Made by a program: the position numbers and the translations under genes. Of a DNA stretch of 64,000 nucleotides, positions 1 to 8,777 are shown one piece after another. Every line of letters starts with the position of its first letter. Position 1 is the first letter of the stretch. The DNA comes from an uncultured Gammaproteobacteria bacterium (lineage in GTDB: Bacteria; Patescibacteriota; Patescibacteriia; UBA1558; GWA2-36-10). Location: assembly GCA_964633905.1 (NCBI GenBank), contig CAZWIT010000004.1:9336-73335 (forward strand), read 5' to 3'. A model generated the notes under the pieces. The model was not told where the DNA came from. It saw only the letters and a program-made list of their open reading frames with translations, and searched no databases.

Positions 1-1
1 A

Positions 2-121
2 GCCAAGGCAATTTTAAGCAAAAATTTGAAACAGGAGATGGAAATAGCAGCTGATAATTGGGAATTTGAAAAAGCGATTGAGCTCAGGGATAAATTAAAT
101 ATTTTGACAGCTAAAAAATAA
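2..121 (+). CDS. 3' end of an upstream gene with a UVR domain (…MEIAADNWEFEKAIELRDKLNILTAKK*); most likely the excinuclease UvrB C-terminus; 5' part outside the window
   Basis: In-frame translation from nt 2 with no stop until 119-121. The EFExAxxLRDxL motif is typical of the UVR domain at the UvrB C-terminus. Confidence 0.4.
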   Translation, partial: AKAILSKNLKQEMEIAADNWEFEKAIELRDKLNILTAKK

Positions 122-125
122 TAAA

Positions 126-893
126 ATGCTTGTTTCGGAATTTTTAAATAATTTTTCTAAAGCAAAATTGGAAAATATATATAATGACTCTCAGTCTGCT
201 TTTTATTTAATCAATAAACCAAAAGGTCAGCATTCATTTAAACTTGTTTCCAGCTTGCGTAAGTTACTGGGTATTAAAAAAGTTGGTTTTGCTGGCACTT
301 TAGATCCTTTGGCTTCTGGTTTAATGATTTTAGCCACTGGATCAGCTACTAAATTATTAGATCTATTTCACCTACTACCAAAAACTTATCAAGCTAATAT
401 AATTTTTGGACAAACTTCAGCTAGTTTTGATTTAGAACAGGATATAGTGGTAAATCATAATGCTAAAGAATTTACTAAAGCCGATTTAGATAAATATTTA
501 AATAATTTTTTAGGCAAGCAAGAACAAACAGTGCCAATTTATTCAGCTAAAAAAGTAGCTGGTAAAAAGCTACATCAGTTAGCAAGGCAGGGTCAGACCT
601 TACAAAATTTGCCTAAGAATAAAATTGAAATTTATAGTTTAAAAGTTTTGTCTTTTTCTTATCCTAATTTAGAATTAGAAATTTCTTGTTCGGCTGGTAC
701 CTATATCCGCAGCTTGGTAAGCGATTTAGGGGATTTGGCTTTAAGCGGAGCTTTAATGACTGATTTAAAAAGAACTCAAATTGGTCCTTATCATTTAGAT
801 CAGGCTCTTGATATGGCAGATTTATCGCTTGTTAAAATAAAAAAACAAGCTTTAAATGTTCGAGATGTGCTTGCTTCTTTGTCTAAATTTTAG
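126..893 (+). CDS. truB: tRNA pseudouridine(55) synthase TruB
   Basis: 255 aa ORF with the GTLDPLASGLMIL...G catalytic-Asp motif region and overall TruB-like layout. Confidence 0.8.
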   Translation: MLVSEFLNNFSKAKLENIYNDSQSAFYLINKPKGQHSFKLVSSLRKLLGIKKVGFAGTLDPLASGLMILATGSATKLLDLFHLLPKTYQANIIFGQTSASFDLEQDIVVNHNAKEFTKADLDKYLNNFLGKQEQTVPIYSAKKVAGKKLHQLARQGQTLQNLPKNKIEIYSLKVLSFSYPNLELEISCSAGTYIRSLVSDLGDLALSGALMTDLKRTQIGPYHLDQALDMADLSLVKIKKQALNVRDVLASLSKF

Positions 894-913
894 CCGATTT
901 TCTAATTATGAGT

Positions 914-1165
914 TTAGCTATCAGTGCCTTTAATTTGGTCACTGATTTTTTTAACAGCCTCATGTTCTATGTGCCCAGCTTCAGCTAGCTTGTGTAAATG
1001 GCCGATAAATTCAGTATGACTCATTTCTTCGTGTCCAAAATGAACGCCCAAAGACTCAGAAGCCTTATTTAAGTGTTCTAAGGCTTGTTGTGAATCAAAA
1101 GCATGAGGCACTAATTCTTTAGCAAAATGTAATTGTTCGCCGCTTGTTATGTGTCTGTTTAACAT
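914..1165 (-). CDS. Small His/Glu-rich hypothetical protein (83 aa), possibly metal-binding
   Basis: Only ORF filling the 350-nt truB-rpsT gap. Repeated H..E/HxxxE spacing (HAFDSQQALEHL, HFGHEEMSHTEF, HLHKLAEAGHIEHE). No family recognised. Confidence 0.35.
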   Translation of the reverse strand: MLNRHITSGEQLHFAKELVPHAFDSQQALEHLNKASESLGVHFGHEEMSHTEFIGHLHKLAEAGHIEHEAVKKISDQIKGTDS

Positions 1166-1245
1166 TTTTAGGACTTGACTTAATTATTAATTTATGTTAA
1201 TATTTTTTGGTCTTTATAATATAATTTTAATCTAAATTCAGTATT

Positions 1246-1527
1246 ATGCCAAATAAGAAAGCTGCTATTAAGCACTTACGCCAGACCAAAAAAAGAACTT
1301 TAGTCAATGCTATTGTTAAAAGGCGTATAAAAAATTTAGTAAAACAAGGCCAAAAAGCTATTGCTGATGGTTCTATTAAAGAAAAACATCAAGCTTTAAG
1401 TCATGATTTACAAAAAACTGTAGACAAGGCTGTTAAAAAAGGTTTAATTAAACCTAATGCTGGCAACCGTAAAAAAGCTAGATTTATGAAAAGTATTAAT
1501 AAATCTTTAGCTACTAGCAAAAAATAA
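1246..1527 (+). CDS. rpsT: 30S ribosomal protein S20
   Basis: 93 aa, very basic, N-terminal KKAAIKHLRQTKKRTLVN typical of S20. Confidence 0.85.
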   Translation: MPNKKAAIKHLRQTKKRTLVNAIVKRRIKNLVKQGQKAIADGSIKEKHQALSHDLQKTVDKAVKKGLIKPNAGNRKKARFMKSINKSLATSKK

Positions 1528-1556
1528 TTTTTACTTTATTTGATTTTTAAATAATT

Positions 1557-1590
1557 CAGCCCTGCACCATACGGTGCAGGGCTGTTTTTA
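1557..1590. terminator. Rho-independent terminator, probably bidirectional (rpsT + / holA -)
   Basis: cagccctgcacc-atac-ggtgcagggctg is a 12-bp GC-rich stem followed by TTTTT. An A-run lies upstream, so it can serve the opposite strand. Confidence 0.7.
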
Positions 1591-2538
1591 TATTTGTCCA
1601 ATAATTTTTACAAAAAGTAATTGGGGGTCTAGGCTACTAGTTTTTAATTTAGTATCCAAAATTAATAATTGTTGATAGATACTTTTAAGTTGTTCTAGGC
1701 TATAGTTGCTGGTTTGTTTAAAAGTTTTTTCTGCTAGCCAGGGTTGTATTTTTAAAGCTTGTGCTAAGGCTCCTGGATAATCAGCTTGTTTAGCAATTAA
1801 TTTAGCTTTTAGCAGTAAACGATATTGACGGATAATCATGCTTAACAAGTATTGAGGATTAGCGCCGCCATTCATTTGTTCGTTTAAAAGTTGTAAAGCT
1901 TTGCTCTTATCTTGATTGCCCAGGGCATCAATAAAGTTAAAGATATTTTCATCAAGCTTAGCGTTAACTAAGTCTTTAACAGTATTTTCATCAATGTTAG
2001 CTTGACTGTAATTTACTAGTTTACTTATCTCTTGGTTTAAGGCCCATAAGTCATTGCCAACATAAGCAATTAATAAACGAATAGCCTGAGGGCTAATATT
2101 TTTTTGTTCTTTTTGACATTGTTTTTTTACCCAAATTTCCAGCTGGCTACTAGAAAGTTTAGCAAATTCTTCAACGTATTTAAAAGTCTTTAGTTTTTTA
2201 TAAAGTTTAAGCCTCGCGTCTGGCTTATTTGTTTCCCAAAAAATTAAATAATTTTCTTGTGGGCTATCAGTTTGTTTTTGTAAGAAATTAAGTAAAGCAT
2301 CTTGCCAAGAGGCTAGTTTTTTATTATTAAAAATATTTTTAATAATGATTAATTTTTTGCTAGCCAAAAATCCAGTTACCGAAATAGCCTGAAAAAAATC
2401 ATCAGCCTTAATAGTTTCTCCATCGAGATGAACTATGTTATGACCACCAGGGTCAATTTCTTTTTTAAATTTCTTGGCAATAGCATCAATCTTATTTTTA
2501 GCTAAGAAAGAATTTTCGCCGTAGTAAAAAAATATCAT
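1588..2538 (-). CDS. holA: DNA polymerase III delta subunit
   Basis: 316 aa. Size, position next to polA and HolA-like N-terminal region (MIFFYYGEN...KADDFF). Sequence is divergent. Confidence 0.65.
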   Translation of the reverse strand: MIFFYYGENSFLAKNKIDAIAKKFKKEIDPGGHNIVHLDGETIKADDFFQAISVTGFLASKKLIIIKNIFNNKKLASWQDALLNFLQKQTDSPQENYLIFWETNKPDARLKLYKKLKTFKYVEEFAKLSSSQLEIWVKKQCQKEQKNISPQAIRLLIAYVGNDLWALNQEISKLVNYSQANIDENTVKDLVNAKLDENIFNFIDALGNQDKSKALQLLNEQMNGGANPQYLLSMIIRQYRLLLKAKLIAKQADYPGALAQALKIQPWLAEKTFKQTSNYSLEQLKSIYQQLLILDTKLKTSSLDPQLLFVKIIGQI

Positions 2539-2539
2539 T

Positions 2540-5263
2540 TTAATTAAAATCTTTTAATTCACCCCAATTTTTACCAATTTCTACATCAGCTACCAAGGGC
2601 ACATTTAAATGATAAATATTTTCCATAGTATTTTTGACAAAATCAGCTACTTTTTTGATATCTTTATCAGGCACTTCAACTACTAATTCATCATGTACTT
2701 GTAGTACTAATTTGGATTGGGGACTGACACTATTTAGCTTTTGGTGAATGGCAATCATAGCCATTTTCATCAGATCAGCGGCTGTGCCCTGCAAGGGCAT
2801 ATTAATAGCCATGCGCTCAGCCGCGCTTTTGAGCATGGGCATTGAAGAGTGGATGTCGGGCAAATAACGGCGTCTACCAAAGATAGTTTGAGCATAGCCA
2901 TATTTAGTGGCAAAAGTTTTAGTATTATCTAAATACTCTTTTATTTTTTTATAAATGCTAAAATATTTATTAATAAATTCTTTAGCTTCATTTCTATTTA
3001 AGCCAGTGCGTTGAGCTAGGCCCAAAGATCCTAAGCCGTAGAGTACGCCAAAGTTTACTTCTTTAGCCGTGCGTCTAATTTCTTTAGTAACTTGTTCTAA
3101 GGGAATTTTGTGAATTTCAGCAGCCGTACGCGCGTGGATGTCTTCACCTTTTTTAAAACTAGCCATCATCTTGGGATCTTGCGATAAAGCGGCTGCTAGT
3201 CTTAGCTCAATTTGAGAATAATCAGCCGAAAGTAGGCTAAAGCCGATAGGAGCGACAAAGGCCTGGCGTATTTTTTTGCCCAATTCCGTGCGGATTGGAA
3301 TATTTTGTAAATTAGGATCAGAAGAGGATAGTCGTCCAGTGGTAGTCACAGTTTGATTAAAGCTAGTATGCAGACGGCCACTATTTTTATCTACCAATAG
3401 TGGCAAGGCTCGAATATAGGTACTTTGTAGCTTAGTTAGTTCGCGGTATTCAGAAATCAAGGGGATAATAGGATGCAAAGTCATCATTTTATCAAGCTCG
3501 GCAGCAGCCGTTGATATACCAGTTTTAGTTTTTTTAATACCAGTAACACTAATTTTTAAATCTTCAAATAATATTTTTTTAAGTTGTAGTGGTGAGCTAA
3601 TATTAAACTCACTACCAGCTAGTTTAAATATTTGCTCACTAATTTTAGCAATATCTTGATCAAACTTTTTCTCCATAATATGCAAAAATTTTTGATCTAG
3701 CAAGATACCGTTAATTTCCATGTCAGCCAAAGTGGCAACTAGAGGCATTTCTATGTTTTGTAATAATTCCAAATTTTTATTATCTTTGATAATTGGTAAT
3801 AATTTTTGGTAAAGTCTAAAAGTAATATCAGCATCTTCGGCGGCATACCAACCCAGTTTATCTAAGGGGATACTGGCAGTTTCAATTGTTTTTTTCTTGT
3901 CAGTTTCTGGCACTAGATCATCTAATTTTAATTTACGATAGCCAAGGTAGGAAAAACTTAGTTCATCTAAGCGTAAACCGCGACTAGGATTGATCAAATA
4001 GGCAGCAATCATAGTGTCAAAATATAAACCTTGCGTTTCGATGCCGAGGAGTTTTAAAACCTTATAATCAAATTTGATATTGTGGCCGATTTTTTGAATC
4101 TTATTATCTTCTAAAATTGGTTTTAAATCTTTTAAGACCTGCTGCTTAAATTTTTCTTCTGTTAAAGAAATAAAATAAGCAGTGCCTGAAGTCCAAGCTA
4201 AAGATAAACCAAGAATTTTTTCTTGAAAAATATCTAAACCAGTAGTTTCAGTATCAAGAGCTAATATTTTTTGCTTTTTTATATCAGTTAATAGTTTTTG
4301 CCAGTCAGTAATAGTGCTAATTATTTTGTAATTTTCACCAGTGGTTTTAGCTTGACTATGAATAGTAAAATTCAACTGCTGATTAAGGGGGATTTTTTTG
4401 AGTAGGGAGTTAAATTCAAATTTTTGAAAAATTTTATAAACAGCATTCGCGTCGTATTGATTCCAAACAGCCTTGGCAAGGTCAAGATTTATCTCAAGGT
4501 CAGTAACAATTGTTACCAAGCGTTTGCTTAAGGCAGCTTCTTTTTCGTATTCTTTTAATAAGGCGCGGGTTCTTTCTTTGATTTGGCTGTTATTTAGATT
4601 TTTATATAGGTTTTCTAAACTGCCGAATTCTTTGATCAAGTCGCTAGCGCCTTTTTCGCCTATTCCTTTGACACCTTTAATATTATCAGAGCTATCTCCT
4701 CGTAAAGCTTTGAAATCAATTAATTGTTTTGGCTTAAGACTATAGCGTTCTTCTACAGCTGCCTCATCATAAATAATTGTATCGTTAAAACCTTTTTTTA
4801 AGGTTAAAATTTTTGTTCTTTTATTGACTAATTGCAAAGCATCTAGATCGCCAGTAACAATAATAGTTTGCACTTCTGGATTTTTGTCATAAGTAATTTT
4901 AGCAATTGTGCCAATAACATCATCTGCTTCAAAACCTTCTTTAGTAATAACTGGTATATGGAAAGCTTCTAAAACTTCTTTAGCTAGTGGTATTTGATCA
5001 TAAAATTCTTGAGCCTGTTTGACGCGCTGAGCTTTATAATCAGTGTATTCATGATGACGGAAGGTTTTACCAGCTAAATCAAAAGCAGCTATAATATAGT
5101 CTGGTTTAAGTTCAGTTATTATCTTTAGTAATAGCGAAGTAAAGCCGTAAACAGCATTGACCATTAAGCCGTCTTTGGTAGATAGTGCGGGGATAGCGTG
5201 CCAAGCACGGTGCATTAAGGCATTAGAGTCAATAATTACTAATTTTTTGTTGTTTTTGGCCAT
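2540..5263 (-). CDS. polA: DNA polymerase I (5'-3' exonuclease, 3'-5' exonuclease and polymerase domains)
   Basis: 907 aa. N-terminal 5' nuclease region, DTETTGL exonuclease motif and C-terminal polymerase motifs (…RRTAKEVNFGVLYG…, …VHDELVVEV…). Confidence 0.95.
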   Translation of the reverse strand: MAKNNKKLVIIDSNALMHRAWHAIPALSTKDGLMVNAVYGFTSLLLKIITELKPDYIIAAFDLAGKTFRHHEYTDYKAQRVKQAQEFYDQIPLAKEVLEAFHIPVITKEGFEADDVIGTIAKITYDKNPEVQTIIVTGDLDALQLVNKRTKILTLKKGFNDTIIYDEAAVEERYSLKPKQLIDFKALRGDSSDNIKGVKGIGEKGASDLIKEFGSLENLYKNLNNSQIKERTRALLKEYEKEAALSKRLVTIVTDLEINLDLAKAVWNQYDANAVYKIFQKFEFNSLLKKIPLNQQLNFTIHSQAKTTGENYKIISTITDWQKLLTDIKKQKILALDTETTGLDIFQEKILGLSLAWTSGTAYFISLTEEKFKQQVLKDLKPILEDNKIQKIGHNIKFDYKVLKLLGIETQGLYFDTMIAAYLINPSRGLRLDELSFSYLGYRKLKLDDLVPETDKKKTIETASIPLDKLGWYAAEDADITFRLYQKLLPIIKDNKNLELLQNIEMPLVATLADMEINGILLDQKFLHIMEKKFDQDIAKISEQIFKLAGSEFNISSPLQLKKILFEDLKISVTGIKKTKTGISTAAAELDKMMTLHPIIPLISEYRELTKLQSTYIRALPLLVDKNSGRLHTSFNQTVTTTGRLSSSDPNLQNIPIRTELGKKIRQAFVAPIGFSLLSADYSQIELRLAAALSQDPKMMASFKKGEDIHARTAAEIHKIPLEQVTKEIRRTAKEVNFGVLYGLGSLGLAQRTGLNRNEAKEFINKYFSIYKKIKEYLDNTKTFATKYGYAQTIFGRRRYLPDIHSSMPMLKSAAERMAINMPLQGTAADLMKMAMIAIHQKLNSVSPQSKLVLQVHDELVVEVPDKDIKKVADFVKNTMENIYHLNVPLVADVEIGKNWGELKDFN

Positions 5264-5460
5264 TATTTTAGTTTAAATTCTTATTTTATAATAGCATTTA
5301 TAGGGGTTTAGACAAGGGCGTAAATATTGACCCTGTTAAATTTTGTTTTTAATTATTTTTTTAAATATTTAAAGATAATTTAAGTTATTTTTTTAATTTT
5401 TTAGTCATTATATTAACGAATAATCCCATTCACCAAGGTGAATGGGATTATTTAACAGGG

Positions 5461-5488
5461 TTGACTTTTTATGATTTTATTATATAAT
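5461..5488 (+). promoter_or_regulatory. Sigma70-type promoter for the tRNA-Gly/tRNA-Leu transcript
   Basis: TTGACT (5461-5466), 16-nt spacer, TATAAT (5483-5488), about 20 nt upstream of the tRNA 5' end. Confidence 0.5.
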
Positions 5489-5508
5489 AGGGTAGTTATT
5501 TAAAATGA

Positions 5509-5585
5509 GCGGGTGTAGTTCAGTTGGCTAGAACGTTTCCTTGCCAAGGAAAAGGTCGCCGGTTCGAACCCGGTCACCCGCTCCA
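5509..5585 (+). tRNA. tRNA-Gly (anticodon GCC), CCA encoded
   Basis: Cloverleaf parsed by eye: acceptor GCGGGTG/CACCCGC, anticodon loop TT-GCC-AA, T-loop TTCGAAC, discriminator T plus CCA. Near-identical layout to the E. coli tRNA-Gly(GCC). Confidence 0.9.
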
Positions 5586-5695
5586 ATTTTTCGATATACT
5601 CAGGTTGTCGATTGTATCTTAAATAACGTTATTAATTGGTTAAACTCGCCCTGAGTAAGTGGAGCGCACCGAAGGGTCTCACCCGCTCCAATTTT
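5574..5695 (+). repeat. 17-nt perfect direct repeat TCACCCGCTCCAATTTT: the tRNA-Gly 3' end (5574-5590) repeated at 5679-5695
   Basis: Exact match seen in sequence. The second copy lies 88 nt downstream of the tRNA, before tRNA-Leu. Confidence 0.8.
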
Positions 5696-5708
5696 ATAAC
5701 TCAATCAT

Positions 5709-5795
5709 GCCGGCGTGGTGAAATTGGTAGACACGCAGGACTTAAAATCCTGTACCCGTAAGGGTGTGTCGGTTCGATTCCGACCGCCGGTACCA
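5709..5795 (+). tRNA. tRNA-Leu (anticodon TAA), long variable arm, CCA encoded
   Basis: Acceptor GCCGGCG/CGCCGGT, anticodon loop CT-TAA-AA, long variable arm TACCCGTAAGGGTGTG, T-loop TTCGATT, discriminator A plus CCA. Confidence 0.9.
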
Positions 5796-5810
5796 CTTCG
5801 TTAATAAAAT

Positions 5811-5838
5811 AAGCCTTAGAGGGGCTTTTTTGTTTTTC
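5811..5838 (+). terminator. Terminator after tRNA-Leu
   Basis: aagcc-ttagagg-ggctt hairpin followed by TTTTTTGTTTTT. Confidence 0.5.
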
Positions 5839-5886
5839 TTGACAATATTCAGATAAATTGTTATGGTAAAAATATAAGTAAATATT

Positions 5887-6006
5887 ATGAATAATTTAAA
5901 TCGCTTAGCTAATTGTTGGATTCACCCCACTATCAAATCCGATCGTGAAGATCAAGGGGTAACTTTAGCTTTGTTTAGCCTAGGCGGTTTTAAGATGAAT
6001 TGTTAA
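5887..6006 (+). CDS. Candidate 39-aa leader peptide ORF (MNNLNRLANCWIHPTIKSDREDQGVTLALFSLGGFKMNC) upstream of the MFS transporter gene
   Basis: ATG..TAA ORF below the ORF-track size cutoff. It lies between a promoter-like TTGACA (5839) and an intrinsic terminator (6036-6066) in the 5' region of the efflux pump gene. Confidence 0.25.
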   Translation: MNNLNRLANCWIHPTIKSDREDQGVTLALFSLGGFKMNC

Positions 6007-6035
6007 ATATACAGACAATAATTACATTTAAAGAA

Positions 6036-6066
6036 CGCCTTGGCTAGCTAAAGTCCAAGGCTTTTT
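6036..6066 (+). terminator. Intrinsic terminator/attenuator in the MFS transporter leader
   Basis: gccttgg-ctagctaaagt-ccaaggc stem followed by TTTTTT, 65 nt upstream of the MFS start codon. Confidence 0.6.
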
Positions 6067-6131
6067 TGTGCCAGATTCAAGGACTAGCTAGACCTGTACT
6101 TTGACATAAACAAAGGAAAAGGAGGGAGACT

Positions 6132-7322
6132 ATGGTAAACAGGACAATTAAAATTTATTTACTACTTGTTTTTGCTAGTAAGCTTAGCGTAGCTTTTAGT
6201 TTTACTACTTACGTAATGTTTTTGCTGAGTCGCGGCTTGACTATTTTTGAGACTAGTTTGGTTAATATGGTTTTTTATGCGACTTTGTTTATTTTTGAAA
6301 TTCCCACTGGAGCACTGGCTGATGTTTTTGGTCGTAAATTTTCTTTTGTGCTATCTTGCTATTTGACAGCCTTGGGTTTATTTTTCTATTACCTATCAGG
6401 TTCATTTTGGGGTTTTGCTCTAGCCGAAGCAACAATTGCTATTGGTCATACTTTTGCTAGCGGTGCTTTTCAAGCTTGGTTAGTTGATAAATTGGGTTAT
6501 CATAATTTTAATGGTGAGCTGAAAAAAATTTTTGCCAAAGAACAAGTATTGGTTAATTTAGCCGTAATTATCGGCGGCTTAATTGGTGCCTATGTTGGTA
6601 AAGTAAACCTAGCTTGGCCTTGGCTAGTGGCTGCTTGTGGTATGGCGGTGGTGGGTTTTAGTGCGCAGCTACTCATGCAAGAGGAATATTTTAAAAAGCA
6701 AAAAATTTCTTGGATCCTAGGCTGGCAATCATTGCAGCAAGTAGTGAAATCTAGCTGGCAAGCGGGAGCAAAAAATAAAGCAGTTAGATTTTTGATTCTT
6801 TTAGGCACAGTTCAGTATTTTGCTGTGCAAGCGCCAAATATGCAATGGCAACCATATTTTGCTAAAACCTTTAATATTAGCAGTCAGTATTTGGGTTGGA
6901 TTTTCAGCGGTGTGTCTATTTTTATGATGTTTGGTTCCATATTAGCTCCTTATTTTGCTCATCGAGTTAAACAAGAAAAGAAAATTTTGTTGTTATCACA
7001 AGCCATGGTTGGTATTAGCTTGATCTTGGCTTCATTTAGTCAAACCCTTGGCACGGCCTTAATATTTTTTTGGCTGCATGAATTTGGCAGGGGTTTATTT
7101 AAGCCACTTAAGGATCAATATCTGAACGATAGTATTGAATCATCTCAATTACGCGCTACTCTTATTTCCTTTGAATCAATGTCACACCATATTGGCGGTT
7201 TGTTTGGCTTATTTGTTGGTGGTTTATTGGCTCAGCTTTTTGGTATTCAAACAGCTTGGCTGGTTTCAGGACTATTACTATTAATTATGTCCTGGCTACT
7301 ATCCAAAAATGGTCACGCCTAA
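6132..7322 (+). CDS. Major facilitator superfamily (MFS) transporter, drug-efflux-like
   Basis: 396 aa, about 12 predicted TM helices, MFS motif-A-like GALADVFGRK between TM2 and TM3. GGAGGG RBS upstream. Confidence 0.85.
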   Translation: MVNRTIKIYLLLVFASKLSVAFSFTTYVMFLLSRGLTIFETSLVNMVFYATLFIFEIPTGALADVFGRKFSFVLSCYLTALGLFFYYLSGSFWGFALAEATIAIGHTFASGAFQAWLVDKLGYHNFNGELKKIFAKEQVLVNLAVIIGGLIGAYVGKVNLAWPWLVAACGMAVVGFSAQLLMQEEYFKKQKISWILGWQSLQQVVKSSWQAGAKNKAVRFLILLGTVQYFAVQAPNMQWQPYFAKTFNISSQYLGWIFSGVSIFMMFGSILAPYFAHRVKQEKKILLLSQAMVGISLILASFSQTLGTALIFFWLHEFGRGLFKPLKDQYLNDSIESSQLRATLISFESMSHHIGGLFGLFVGGLLAQLFGIQTAWLVSGLLLLIMSWLLSKNGHA

Positions 7323-7325
7323 GAA

Positions 7326-7736
7326 ATGAGCGGGGAGATAACATCAAACCGCTTTTTATTTTTGGTATTGACTAAGTTTATTTTATATGTAATAATTATT
7401 TGGTATTTATTGTTCCCTGATAGAGTTAGTCAACAACTAAAGGGGGTTTTGATGCATTGGAAGGCAAATTTTCAGTGTCGTGGCAGGGAGCTAACAGTTT
7501 ATTTTGATGTAGAAGATATAGAATCTAACGTTAGCAAACCTTGTGAAAAATGTGGAGAAGAACTTGATCATAGTGGTAGAGTGATCATTAGGAATATTAG
7601 TGATGGTGGCGATATTGGTCCTAGTAATATTATTTGGTCAGATGCAGAAAAGCGTTTGAATAAGCTATTCCAACATCATCTTTGTGCGGAGCATCTCTGG
7701 CAATTAGCCAAAAGAAGAAATATTAGTCTTGATTAA
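7326..7736 (+). CDS. Hypothetical protein (hydrophobic N-terminal helix; CxxC…H motif)
   Basis: 136 aa ORF immediately after the MFS stop. KPCEKCGEELDHSGR is a possible Zn ribbon. No family recognised. Confidence 0.4.
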   Translation: MSGEITSNRFLFLVLTKFILYVIIIWYLLFPDRVSQQLKGVLMHWKANFQCRGRELTVYFDVEDIESNVSKPCEKCGEELDHSGRVIIRNISDGGDIGPSNIIWSDAEKRLNKLFQHHLCAEHLWQLAKRRNISLD

Positions 7737-7763
7737 TTATTTTTAGCATATTGCTATCTTAGC

Positions 7764-7785
7764 ACGGTCAAAAGACCGTGTTTTT
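7764..7785 (+). terminator. Rho-independent terminator
   Basis: cacggtc-aaaa-gaccgtg followed by TTTTT. Confidence 0.6.
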
Positions 7786-7843
7786 AAATTATTTGACAGA
7801 TTTATTATTTTATGATAATGTGTTAATACATTAATACAAAATT

Positions 7844-8167
7844 ATGTCTGAATTTAAATTTAGTAAAAAAACTGATGAATTATTTAAAGCAATATTAAGC
7901 TTAAAAAACAAGAATGAATGTGAATCTTTTTTTCGTGATCTATGCACTGTTCAAGAATTAAAGGACATGAGTGATCGCTGGCAAATGGTAAATTTTTTAA
8001 AAAAAGGCATGCCCTATCGTGATATTGCTAAGAAGTTAGAAACTAGTACTACAACTGTATCTCGTGTTTCTTTTTGGTTAAAAAATGGTTTAGGCGGCTA
8101 TTCTTTAATTTGGAAAAGATTAAATTCTCATTATGGAAAATTACCGCCTGGGAAAGTTTTGCTTTAA
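7844..8167 (+). CDS. TrpR-like DNA-binding protein of the YerC/YecD family
   Basis: 107 aa. LCTVQELKDMSDRWQMVNFLKKGMPYRDIAKKLETSTTTVSRV matches the YerC/TrpR helix-turn-helix region. Confidence 0.75.
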   Translation: MSEFKFSKKTDELFKAILSLKNKNECESFFRDLCTVQELKDMSDRWQMVNFLKKGMPYRDIAKKLETSTTTVSRVSFWLKNGLGGYSLIWKRLNSHYGKLPPGKVLL

Positions 8168-8185
8168 TTTTTTTAAATAGCAAGC

Positions 8186-8208
8186 CTCTCCCAGTGTGGA
8201 GAGTTTTT
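8186..8208 (+). terminator. Rho-independent terminator
   Basis: ctctcc-cagtgt-ggagag followed by TTTTT. Confidence 0.55.
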
Positions 8209-8222
8209 ATTAATTAGAATAT

Positions 8223-8777
8223 ATGAAAAATAAACGTAAATTACAGATCGGTATTATGGGCTCAGCCGCTGATCTTAATTACCCTAAAGATTTAGAGAAA
8301 TTGGCTGAGGAGCTTGGTTTTTGGCTTGCCAAAAATGGAGTTACATTAATTTTTGGTGCAGAAAAAGATTGTGATTCTCTTTCTACGATTGCTTGCCGTA
8401 GTGCTAAAAAGGCGGGTGGTATTACTGTTGGTATAACTTATGGGAAGGGCTTGGATGTTTTTGAGAAAGAAAATATTGACGTAGTAATAGCTAGTGGTCT
8501 TGAGCGCGGAGGTGGTAGAGAACTAACTTTGATTTTAAGTTGCGATGCTATTATTGCTATCAGTGGTGGGTCAGGGACATTGACAGAGATTGCCATTGCT
8601 TATCAGGCTAATATTCCAATTGTAGTTTTAGAAAATACTGGGGGCTGGAGTGAAAAATTAGCTAAACAATATTTAGATGCCAGAAAAAGAATAAAAATAG
8701 AATCAGTTAAAGATCCTAAAGAAGCAGTTGAGTTGGCAATAAAATTAGCCATAGAAAATTATGAAATCAAAAAATAA
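8223..8777 (+). CDS. LOG-family / TIGR00725-type Rossmann-fold protein (predicted nucleotide phosphoribohydrolase)
   Basis: 184 aa. IGIMGSA…GGSGTLTE… is the LOG/SLOG signature arrangement. Confidence 0.65.
   Translation: MKNKRKLQIGIMGSAADLNYPKDLEKLAEELGFWLAKNGVTLIFGAEKDCDSLSTIACRSAKKAGGITVGITYGKGLDVFEKENIDVVIASGLERGGGRELTLILSCDAIIAISGGSGTLTEIAIAYQANIPIVVLENTGGWSEKLAKQYLDARKRIKIESVKDPKEAVELAIKLAIENYEIKK

Noticed and set aside
4473-4745. 90-aa plus-strand ORF inside polA (and similar short ORFs at 6590-6808, 13670-13885, 15079-15276, 16302-16640, 21797-22042, 23129-23515, 23741-23971, 24757-24948, 25694-25876, 26421-26777, 30148-30345, 31185-31388, 32322-32615, 33280-33492, 33501-33704, 36217-36465, 38387-38623, 42292-42498, 42526-42792, 43193-43408, 45635-45835, 46504-46827, 47257-47556, 48882-49211, 55911-56333, 57300-57509, 59518-59754, 61616-61819)
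   Set aside because: All lie entirely within, and antisense to or out of frame with, much longer ORFs that have clear family-level identities. Their compositions (Leu/Ser/Phe/Ile-rich) are typical of shadow ORFs in AT-rich DNA.
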